A stretch of DNA of 64,000 nucleotides from an uncultured delta proteobacterium (GTDB lineage: Bacteria; Myxococcota_A; Polyangia; Polyangiales; Houyiibacteriaceae): contig CAVOVB010000002.1 of NCBI GenBank assembly GCA_963699755.1, forward strand, positions 480,001-544,000, given 5' to 3'. The notes below the pieces were generated by a model. The model worked only from the letters and a program-made list of their open reading frames with translations. It was not told the DNA's origin and did no database searches. The position numbers were made by a program, and so were the translations under genes. Shown here in pieces: positions 1 through 7,388 of this stretch (positions within the stretch are counted from its first letter, which is position 1; each line of letters opens with the position of its first letter).

Positions 1-2
1 AC

Positions 3-245
3 AGCGAAGCTCTCGAGAACGACCTCCAGACGGGCCGTGAGCGAATCGCCAGCCGTGTCCGAGAGGCGCTCGACTACGAAAACGCGTTCGGCACAGCCTC
101 GAGCCTCCTCCTCGATCACCTCCGCGACAAGCCAGAGTGCCGAGAGCTCCTCGAAGACATCGACAAGAGCCGCAATGGCAAGGATCCAGACGACAAGCCA
201 TCGGAGTTGCAAGAGCTGATGGAAAAACACGTCGCCACGCGCTGA
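3..245 (+). CDS. 5'-truncated hypothetical protein (C-terminal ~80 aa)
   Basis: Frame 3 is open from the window edge to TGA at 243-245 (SEALENDLQTGRERIASRVREALDYENAFG...ELQELMEKHVATR). Codon usage is typical and the sequence looks helical. Not in the ORF track because no start is included. Confidence 0.6.
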   Translation, partial: SEALENDLQTGRERIASRVREALDYENAFGTASSLLLDHLRDKPECRELLEDIDKSRNGKDPDDKPSELQELMEKHVATR

Positions 246-282
246 ATCCCAAGAGACGGTTCGCGAGACAGTCGAGAGCTCT

Positions 283-369
283 TGGTAGCCGAGGTCGGAC
301 TCGAACCGACACGCCCTCGCGGACACCGGATTTTGAATCCGGCGCGTCTGCCAATTCCGCCACTCGGCC
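283..369 (-). tRNA. tRNA-Leu (anticodon CAA)
   Basis: Reverse complement folds as a cloverleaf: acceptor GGCCGAG/CTCGGCT, D-loop GGAATTGGCAGAC, anticodon arm CCGGA-TT-CAA-AA-TCCGG, long variable arm, T-arm GTCGG-TTCGAGT-CCGAC, encoded ACCA end. Confidence 0.97.
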
Positions 370-379
370 AGAGGGCGAG

Positions 380-388
380 CTTATAGCA
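380..388 (-). promoter_or_regulatory. Putative extended -10 element of the tRNA-Leu promoter
   Basis: TGcTATAAG followed by GC-rich discriminator-like CTCGCC, about 10 nt upstream of the tRNA. Confidence 0.4.
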
Positions 389-507
389 GGCCCCGGCAAA
401 CGTGCATTCCCTGCTGCGAGGGGCACAGCGCTGTGGTCGATGCATCGGATCGACTTTCCGCGGTGCTTTCGCTAGTCTCGGCCGCAGGTCTGGAAGGGGC
501 TCGATTT

Positions 508-1506
508 ATGAAAAGGTCCGCGATTCTGGGATTGGGGCACTACGTGCCCTCGAAGGTCGTCACCAACGATGACCTCGCGAAGATGTTCGATACGAGCGAC
601 GAGTGGATTCAGCAGCGCACGGGCATCAAAGAGCGCCGGTACATCGAAGAGAGCGGCATCGGGGCAAGTGACCTTGCGGTGCCCGCCGTCGAGATGGCGT
701 GCAAGAACGCCGGAATCGACGTGTCGGAAATCGATGCGATCATCTTCGCCACCCTCTCTCCTGACTTCAATTTCCCGGGCAGCGGCTGTTTCCTCGGCGA
801 TAAGCTGGGCCTCGCTGGAGTCCCAGCTCTCGACGTTCGCAATCAGTGCAGCGGCTTTCTCTACGGCTTGCAGATCGCCGACGCCTGGATTCGTTGCGGG
901 ATGTACACGCGGGTCGCACTGGTCGGCGCCGAGGTTCATTCGACCGCCCTCGACTTCAGCGACGAGGGTCGGGACGTGACTGTCCTCTTCGGCGACGGTG
1001 CAGCTTGCGCGATCCTCGGGAAAAGCAACGACGAGGCCAGTGGCCTCATTGACGTGGAAGTCCACGCGGACGGAAGCGGGGCGAAGGAGCTGTGGCTAGA
1101 AGCGCCAGCGAGCGCTTACAACCCTCGCCTGACACACGAGATGATCGACAACAAGAAGATCCATCCAGCGATGAACGGACGGAACGTGTTCCGCTGGGCT
1201 ACGGCCAAGATGCCCGAGGTCAGCCTGGCGGTATTGGAACGCAACGGCGTGTCAGTCGACGAGCTCGACCTGATGGTCCCCCACCAAGCCAACAAGCGGA
1301 TCAACGAGTTCGTTTCGCAGAAGCTCAAAATCGCGCCCGAGAAGATCGTCCACAACATCGAGAAGTACGGCAACACTACCGCCGCTTCGATTCCCCTCGC
1401 GCTCAGCGAAGCCGTGCAAGAGGGGCGCGCCAAGAAGGGCGATCTGATTCTGATGCCCGCGTTTGGCGCGGGTTTCACCTGGGGCGCCGCGCTTCTTCGG
1501 CTCTAG
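508..1506 (+). CDS. fabH: 3-oxoacyl-ACP synthase III
   Basis: DTSDEWIQQRTGI, catalytic Cys (NQCSGF), FGDGA, PHQAN, YGNTTAASIP, GAGFTWG. ATG at 508 follows a purine-rich SD. Confidence 0.93.
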   Translation: MKRSAILGLGHYVPSKVVTNDDLAKMFDTSDEWIQQRTGIKERRYIEESGIGASDLAVPAVEMACKNAGIDVSEIDAIIFATLSPDFNFPGSGCFLGDKLGLAGVPALDVRNQCSGFLYGLQIADAWIRCGMYTRVALVGAEVHSTALDFSDEGRDVTVLFGDGAACAILGKSNDEASGLIDVEVHADGSGAKELWLEAPASAYNPRLTHEMIDNKKIHPAMNGRNVFRWATAKMPEVSLAVLERNGVSVDELDLMVPHQANKRINEFVSQKLKIAPEKIVHNIEKYGNTTAASIPLALSEAVQEGRAKKGDLILMPAFGAGFTWGAALLRL

Positions 1507-1510
1507 CGCT

Positions 1511-2524
1511 GTGTCATCCAAGGCTGACCGCATAGCCGTCGTTCTGAACGGCAACGCCAGGCAGGTCACCGACGAGCTCGTCGAGAGCTTCGATCAGTTG
1601 GTCGGAAGCGGGGATCTGTTCCTTTCGCGGAGCCTCGATGAGGCAGATCGAATCGCCTGCGAGATCGTCGAGTCGGGCTATCCAGTCGTGCTCACCGGAG
1701 GCGGCGACGGGACGTTTGTGCGGATGGTCACCTCGATCAGCAAAGAGGCGCGCAATCGGAACCAGGAGCCGCCTTGCTTTGGGCTTCTCAGACTTGGCAC
1801 GGGTAACTCCCTCGCCTGGGCGCTTGGCGCAGGCACCTCTCGCAAAGGTGTGTTCGCCGACTTGGCTCGACTGCGTCACGACAGCGCGCACCAGGATGTG
1901 CGTCTAATCGAAGCGCAGGGTCTGCTCACGCCGTTCGCAGGCGCGGGCTTCGATGCGCTTGGTCTCAAGCACTTCCACGAGGTCCGCTCGCTTGTCCGCC
2001 ATCTCCCGTGGGTCGGCAAGCGCGCGACGGGCGCGCTGTCCTATGCGATTTCAATTCCGCTGCTCACCATTCCCGAGCTGGCGCTCAGACCACGAATGGA
2101 AGTTCGAATCGTCAACCATGGAGCCGCCGAACGTCTGGACCGCAACGGGGCCCCCCAGGGTCCGCCGATTCGAGACGGCGAAGTCATCTTCGAGGGTGAG
2201 TGCATCGCGGCGCTCGTGTCGACGATTCCGTGCTGGGGTTTTGGCGCGCGGGTCTTTCCCTTTGCACAGAGCCGCCCTCCGGATCGATTTTGCCTGCGGG
2301 TAGTCGCGACGAGCCCGCTCCATGTCGCTGCACACATGCTCAGCGCATGGCGGGGCACGTATCGGCACGACGACTTGATCGATGTCTACGCCGAAGACGT
2401 CGAGCTCCAATTCCGGGAGCCAACCGCCATCGAAATCGGCGGTGATCCCGGGGGGATGAGCAAGTCGATGCGCGCCCGACTCCACCCGCAGCCGGTGAAG
2501 CTCATCGACTACTCGGCCTCGTAG
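1511..2524 (+). CDS. Diacylglycerol/sphingosine kinase family lipid kinase
   Basis: VVLNGNA, GGGDGT, LGTGN and GAGFDA motifs of the DAGK_cat family. GTG start 4 nt after the fabH stop. Confidence 0.85.
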   Translation: MSSKADRIAVVLNGNARQVTDELVESFDQLVGSGDLFLSRSLDEADRIACEIVESGYPVVLTGGGDGTFVRMVTSISKEARNRNQEPPCFGLLRLGTGNSLAWALGAGTSRKGVFADLARLRHDSAHQDVRLIEAQGLLTPFAGAGFDALGLKHFHEVRSLVRHLPWVGKRATGALSYAISIPLLTIPELALRPRMEVRIVNHGAAERLDRNGAPQGPPIRDGEVIFEGECIAALVSTIPCWGFGARVFPFAQSRPPDRFCLRVVATSPLHVAAHMLSAWRGTYRHDDLIDVYAEDVELQFREPTAIEIGGDPGGMSKSMRARLHPQPVKLIDYSAS

Positions 2525-2574
2525 CCCGGATCGGCGAAAAAAAGGGGATTTTTTGTTACCTCACTCTCAATAGA

Positions 2575-2590
2575 GCTGTAATAATACAGC
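2575..2590. promoter_or_regulatory. Operator-like inverted repeat
   Basis: GCTGTA-ATAA-TACAGC inside an AT-rich spacer, 7 nt before the ATG at 2598, overlapping a -10-like TAATAAT. Confidence 0.45.
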
Positions 2591-2597
2591 AATACCA

Positions 2598-3284
2598 ATG
2601 GGAGAACGGAAGAACTGGATCATCATCGGGGCCGTCTGCGCGAGCGTTGCGTTCGCCGCTTTCGGCGTTGCGTCTGCCGAATCGGTCGAGGGGTCGGTCC
2701 GGAGCCAAGGCGCAAGCGAGAGCTCGGACTCCGATCAGAAGGATTACTACTGGAAGGTCTGGAACGGCGCCCTGCCCGAACGAGGCGACACGGACGACTT
2801 CGACGACCTGTTGGCGGTGTTGACAGGCAAGTTCACTGGACCACCGATCGGGTGCAGGTTCGCTTTTCGCGGAGGCGGGCTCAGTCCTTCCACCATCGCC
2901 GCCCGCGCCGGATCGACCGTCCGGGTCGAGAATCGGGATGCCTTTACGCACGAGCTCTCGGTCGAGGGGCTCGCAGGCTTCACACCGCTCGAAGCGGGCC
3001 CCGGCAAAGCTCGGGTGATCTCCGTCCCCGAGGGTGGGCCCTGGGCGCTAGGCGATCGCATCTACGGACACGTCGATGGCTACTTGCATTCGATGCGCGA
3101 GCTTGTTGCATGCGCGGCCGTCGACGGCAGCGGAAAGTTCACGTTCGAGGACGTTCCGCCCGGCCCCTACTCCTTGAGAATTCTTCGAGGGTCAGAGCAG
3201 GTCGAATCAGTTCGTATCACCGTGCCCGCCGGCCGAACAGTTGCGGTCGATCCGCTCACCATCAGCAAGAGCCGGAGGAAGTAG
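2598..3284 (+). CDS. Secreted protein with cupredoxin-like and carboxypeptidase-regulatory-like beta domains
   Basis: Signal peptide ending VASA; GSTVRVENRDAFTHEL; C-terminal GKFTFEDVPPGPYSLRI. Confidence 0.7.
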   Translation: MGERKNWIIIGAVCASVAFAAFGVASAESVEGSVRSQGASESSDSDQKDYYWKVWNGALPERGDTDDFDDLLAVLTGKFTGPPIGCRFAFRGGGLSPSTIAARAGSTVRVENRDAFTHELSVEGLAGFTPLEAGPGKARVISVPEGGPWALGDRIYGHVDGYLHSMRELVACAAVDGSGKFTFEDVPPGPYSLRILRGSEQVESVRITVPAGRTVAVDPLTISKSRRK

Positions 3285-3287
3285 CCG

Positions 3288-5090
3288 ATGTTGTCGCGTC
3301 TTTGGTACCTGGTACTGGCTTTGGCCGTTGGAGGGGCATTGGCGGGCGCATTCTTGAACAAGTCGGCCGCTAGCCGCGAAGCAGAATTCCAGCTCGGAGA
3401 GCAGCTTCGCCGCGACCATGTCGAAGCGGAGCTTTGGCAGCGACTCGACGCGCGACTTCGACTCGATGCCCTGGCCTCCGTTGCGGTCGATTCTGAAGTA
3501 CGACAAATACTGCGAAGCGCTAGCGGGCGCGCCGGATCGCTTGCCCAGGGAACGCGGAAGCGTCTCAGTCAGAAGCTCAACGTTCTCAACGCAACACTCG
3601 AAGAGGGCAAGGGGGACCTGATCTTCGCGGTGGACACCGAGGGCGAGGTGGTGGCGACTCTGGACAAAAACGACATGGAGTCCACCGAGCTCGGAAAGAT
3701 GCCGCTGGTTGCAGACGCGCTGCGGGGCTTCATGCGAGACGACATCTGGGTCTACAACGGCGAAGTATACCGCATGGCTGCGCGCCCTGTCTTCGACGGC
3801 GGCCGATACGTCGGCGCGGTGGTTCATGGAATCGCGATCAAGGATGGGCTCGCCAAACGTCTAGCCGGCAAGTTGCCCAACGCAACGGTGGTATTCTTCT
3901 ATCGCGATCGCGTGATTGCGTCCTACGTCGGTGGCGCGGAGGCACCGAGCAGCGCTGAGCTCAGAAGTGGCCTCGCATCCGCACTGGCCAGCATGAAAAG
4001 CGGTGAAGGTTCGGTCGAAATAGGCGAACGTACCCGCGCCATTGCTTCACTGGTTCGAGGCGAAGCGGCGCACGCGGAAGTCGGCTATCTCATCGGCCGC
4101 CGGGGAAGCACCGTCGGCCTCGGTGGGCTCTTCGCGAACACCTTCAAAGAAGACGTGGCTTCGCTTCCCTGGCTGGTGGTCATCGGTATCCCGCTTCTAC
4201 TGCTGATCCTGGGCCTAGCCCTGCTCTACGTGGAGCACGACAAGGGCGTCGTGGTTCTACGCAAGACCAGCGAGAATCTAGCCAAGGCGGAGCTCGATTG
4301 CATACCAGAGGGACAACTGCGAAGGCACTATCGGAAGATCGCGGAGAACCTCAATACGGCCCTGCGCGCGGGCGTCGGATTCAAAGAAGATGCAGCCAAA
4401 CGCGCTTCGGTCGACCTCGACCAGATCCTGAGCTCCACCCGTGATAGCTCCAACACCGGCTACTTCGGCATCTCGACCGAAGCTTCCACCGCGAAGCAGG
4501 TCGCGCTCGATCCCGCGCCCGTCGAGACGCCGGCGGCAAAGGCGCCACGGACGGCGCCGATCGATTCGGAGGGCGTTCGTACGGCCCACCCAGCCATGGA
4601 CGCCGCGACGGCCCGTCCACAGCGCACAGCCTCGTCGCGGCCCCAACGCACGCCGTCGTCTTGGCCGAATCGTTCGACATCGTCGCGACACGCGGTCGTG
4701 GCGACCGTCCGCCATAGCGAGGAGCAATTGGGGTCAGGCGTGTACGATCCGCCGACTCGGCCGAATGCCGTCGTCGACTCGTACACGGAATACGACGACG
4801 AGCTTGACGAGTCGACGCAGGTCAAGCACGTGTCGCAGGAGCTCATCGAAGCTTCCGCGCCAGCCGACCAGGGCGAAGAGGTCCACTTCCGAGAGGTTTT
4901 CGAGCAATTCATCGCGACCCAGAAGCAATGCGGCGCATCGGTGACTGGGCTCACGTTCGACAAGTTTCTCCGCAAGCTTCATGCCGCGCGTGAGCAGGTC
5001 ATGAAACGCCACAACGCACCTTCGGTACGGTTCACCGTGTACGTGAAGGAGGGGCGCGCCGCGCTCAAAGCCAGCCCGGTCAAACTCTGA
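3288..5090 (+). CDS. MXAN_5187-family membrane protein
   Basis: N-terminal TM, Cache-like periplasmic region, second TM, low-complexity linker, and C-terminal HFREVFEQFIATQKQCG...TFDKFLRKL...VRFTVYVKEGRAALKASP characteristic of this myxobacterial family. Confidence 0.8.
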   Translation: MLSRLWYLVLALAVGGALAGAFLNKSAASREAEFQLGEQLRRDHVEAELWQRLDARLRLDALASVAVDSEVRQILRSASGRAGSLAQGTRKRLSQKLNVLNATLEEGKGDLIFAVDTEGEVVATLDKNDMESTELGKMPLVADALRGFMRDDIWVYNGEVYRMAARPVFDGGRYVGAVVHGIAIKDGLAKRLAGKLPNATVVFFYRDRVIASYVGGAEAPSSAELRSGLASALASMKSGEGSVEIGERTRAIASLVRGEAAHAEVGYLIGRRGSTVGLGGLFANTFKEDVASLPWLVVIGIPLLLLILGLALLYVEHDKGVVVLRKTSENLAKAELDCIPEGQLRRHYRKIAENLNTALRAGVGFKEDAAKRASVDLDQILSSTRDSSNTGYFGISTEASTAKQVALDPAPVETPAAKAPRTAPIDSEGVRTAHPAMDAATARPQRTASSRPQRTPSSWPNRSTSSRHAVVATVRHSEEQLGSGVYDPPTRPNAVVDSYTEYDDELDESTQVKHVSQELIEASAPADQGEEVHFREVFEQFIATQKQCGASVTGLTFDKFLRKLHAAREQVMKRHNAPSVRFTVYVKEGRAALKASPVKL

Positions 5091-5091
5091 G

Positions 5092-5120
5092 TTGACCGCA
5101 GGGGAGCTCGGCTCTACCTT
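5092..5120 (+). promoter_or_regulatory. Sigma70-type promoter for the downstream ncRNA
   Basis: TTGACC (5092-5097) - 17 nt - TACCTT (5115-5120), 7 nt before the ncRNA closing stem. Confidence 0.7.
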
Positions 5121-5127
5121 TCCCTAT

Positions 5128-5323
5128 GGTCCCTCTGTTGTTGCAGGTGAGGAAGGAGTAGAGAATCCCTGACTAGGTCGAATAGGGTGCTTCAACGTGC
5201 GTGGTGTGCGGACCCGGCTAGCGTCATCGGGGGGCCTAAAGCGCGCGAAATCCGCTCCCACCTACTAGTAAATTGTAGGGGTTCGACTCAACAATAGTTC
5301 CCACGGCAACGACGGTAAGGACT
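5128..5323 (+). ncRNA. ssrS: Probable 6S RNA
   Basis: ~195 nt rod: 5' GTCCCTCTGTTGTTGCAGGTGAGGAA pairs with 3' TTCCCACGGCAACGACGGTAAGGAC; GAATCCCT/AGGGGTTC flanks a central bubble; GGGTGC/GCTCCC opens the apical stem. 6S-like CCCACC...GGGTTC...CACGGCA elements, own promoter, no credible ORF. Confidence 0.72.
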
Positions 5324-5330
5324 GTCTTAT

Positions 5331-5372
5331 GGGGCCCCGCAAAGTCGACGTTCGCGTCGTCCGCGGGGCTCC
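5331..5372 (+). terminator. Stable GC-rich hairpin after the 6S-like RNA
   Basis: GGGGCCCCGC...GCGGGGCTCC outer stem with inner GACG-TTCG-CGTC. No U-tract, so it may be a processing or pause signal instead. Confidence 0.4.
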
Positions 5373-5483
5373 GGGGCTTAATGGCATCGCGTGAAGTCGA
5401 TGCTCCCCGTCGGCCAGGGAACAATTCGAAGGCAAGGCGATGGTGCCTGGGCATGGTCGCTGCGATTCATCTAGGCTGTAGGG

Positions 5484-5720
5484 ATGAGAATCGGGGCTCT
5501 TCTCTTGCTTGGAGCATTGCTCTGCGGTTCGGTCTCCTGGGCGACCCGCAATGAAGAGCCCGTCGGGAACTACGGACTCAGCGGGGAGCCGGGCCGGCTC
5601 GTTCGATACGCGCCTGGGCACGCCGAAAAGGTCTTGAAGGTCCTCGAGTCGGCGAACGAGCACAACGATCGTCTCCAGCAGATGGACCAGCAGCTCTTCG
5701 GCGAAAATCCGTCTCAATAA
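5484..5720 (+). CDS. Small secreted hypothetical protein (78 aa)
   Basis: Signal peptide MRIGALLLLGALLCGSVSWA; TAGGCT 6 nt before the ATG; fills the gap before cls. Confidence 0.65.
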   Translation: MRIGALLLLGALLCGSVSWATRNEEPVGNYGLSGEPGRLVRYAPGHAEKVLKVLESANEHNDRLQQMDQQLFGENPSQ

Positions 5721-5739
5721 AAGAGGGGACTGTCCCGAT

Positions 5740-7194
5740 TTACTGGATGGGGGCGGTGAGGCGGGCGAGGCGGACGCCAAGGCGGAACCACCAGGGCTCT
5801 CGGTCGTACTCGCCCTGTTCCATCAGCCGGGCGTGCTTGAAATCGTTCTCGAACATCTCTTCGACTTCGGACGCGAACGTCGGGTCGACGATGGCTGCCG
5901 TGATCTCGAAGTTCAGGCGGAACGACCGATTGTCGAAGTTTGCGGTTCCGATCGTGGCCACGCCGTCGTCAATCAACATGGCCTTCTCGTGAAGGAAGCC
6001 ATGCTGGTACCGATAGAACTTTGCTCCCGTGCGACCTGCGTCATCGAAGTACGAGTATGCGGCCAAATAGACCAGCATGTGGTCGGGCTTGTCGGGGATT
6101 AGAATCCGCACATCTACGCCGCGCAAGCCGGCTAGCTGCAGAGCGACGATCACCGAATGCTCCGGCACGAAGTAGGGGCTCGCGATCCAAATCCGCTTCT
6201 GGGCTGCGTTGATCGCATGGACGAACATCAGGTTCGCGGTTTCGAGCTCGTCGGCAGGGCCCGTGGGGATGATCAGCACGCGGCTATCGCTGCCATCGGG
6301 GGCGGGTCGCGCGGCCCAGTTGAGCTTGGGCAGCGTCTCGGTCGCCCAGTACCAATCCTCGGCGAACGAGATTTGTGCCTTCAAGACCGCGGGCCCCTCG
6401 ATGCGCACATGGGTGTCCCGCCAATGACCAAACTCCGGATCTTTGCCCATGTATTCGTCGCCGACATTGTGGCCACCGATCCAGGCCACTCGTCCGTCCG
6501 TGACCACGATCTTGCGATGATTGCGGAAATTGAGCTGGAAGCGGTTGCGACGCCCTTTGCGCGTATTGAACTCGTGGATTTCCACACCGGCATCGCTGAG
6601 CTCTTGCGCGTAGCTGCTTCGAAGATCGTGACATCCGATTTCGTCATAGAGGAAATACACCCGCAGCCCCTGCTTGGCCTTGGCGAGAAGATGGTCCTTG
6701 AGAGCTCGCCCCAGATCGTCGTCGTGCACGATGTAAAACTGCACCAAAACGTACTCGTGGGCCTCGTCGATGCCGTCCAAGATGCTCTTGAACGTCGCGT
6801 CGCCATCGATCAGCAGATCCACTCGGTTCCCGCGAAGCACTGGCATGTTCGCCAAGCCTTCCGCCGCACTCGTTGCTTCTGGCCGCTCGCTCTCCGGCAC
6901 CCGATACGGGCCCACCGTTTCGATCGCTTCCCTCTCAATTTGATCTGTGCGCTCATCGTTGCTCCGCCGAGCGACGACGTACCCTTGAAACTTGCTGCGC
7001 CCGAACACCCAGTACGCAGGCACCGCCAAATACGGGAACGTGTTGAGGCTCACCGCCCATGCGATCGCCCCTTGCGAGGTGCGCGTGCTCATCACGGCGT
7101 GAACCGACGAGGTGAAACCCAAGGCGTGAAAAAGCACGACCAGCGCGGTGATCATTCGTCTCCTCCGAGATTCATATTCTTTGTGCTCAGCCAC
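5740..7194 (-). CDS. cls: Cardiolipin synthase
   Basis: N-terminal PLDc_N TM hairpin and two HKD motifs (RNHRKIVVTDG, FLHEKAMLIDD), GTANFDNRSFRLNFE. Confidence 0.93.
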   Translation of the reverse strand: MAEHKEYESRRRRMITALVVLFHALGFTSSVHAVMSTRTSQGAIAWAVSLNTFPYLAVPAYWVFGRSKFQGYVVARRSNDERTDQIEREAIETVGPYRVPESERPEATSAAEGLANMPVLRGNRVDLLIDGDATFKSILDGIDEAHEYVLVQFYIVHDDDLGRALKDHLLAKAKQGLRVYFLYDEIGCHDLRSSYAQELSDAGVEIHEFNTRKGRRNRFQLNFRNHRKIVVTDGRVAWIGGHNVGDEYMGKDPEFGHWRDTHVRIEGPAVLKAQISFAEDWYWATETLPKLNWAARPAPDGSDSRVLIIPTGPADELETANLMFVHAINAAQKRIWIASPYFVPEHSVIVALQLAGLRGVDVRILIPDKPDHMLVYLAAYSYFDDAGRTGAKFYRYQHGFLHEKAMLIDDGVATIGTANFDNRSFRLNFEITAAIVDPTFASEVEEMFENDFKHARLMEQGEYDREPWWFRLGVRLARLTAPIQ

Positions 7195-7388
7195 GGAGCG
7201 CCAAGCGTACTGGCCTGAGTGTGAATGATCGTGGCGGCTGCGTGAAGGCCCGTGTAGATGGCGCCATTCATCAGCTTTGGCCCGCGTACGCGCAGTTCCA
7301 CAGCGCCGCGCCTTGATCGGTCGTCATCCCGGCGGAGATGGTCCTCCATGCTGCGCCCGGGGACCCAACCGTGCTAAGTGGGGTCTCG

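Noticed and set aside
1..369. tRNA-Leu as an integration site for a mobile element
   Set aside because: No integrase motifs in the adjacent partial ORF and no duplicated tRNA 3' end seen; cannot be assessed beyond the window edge.
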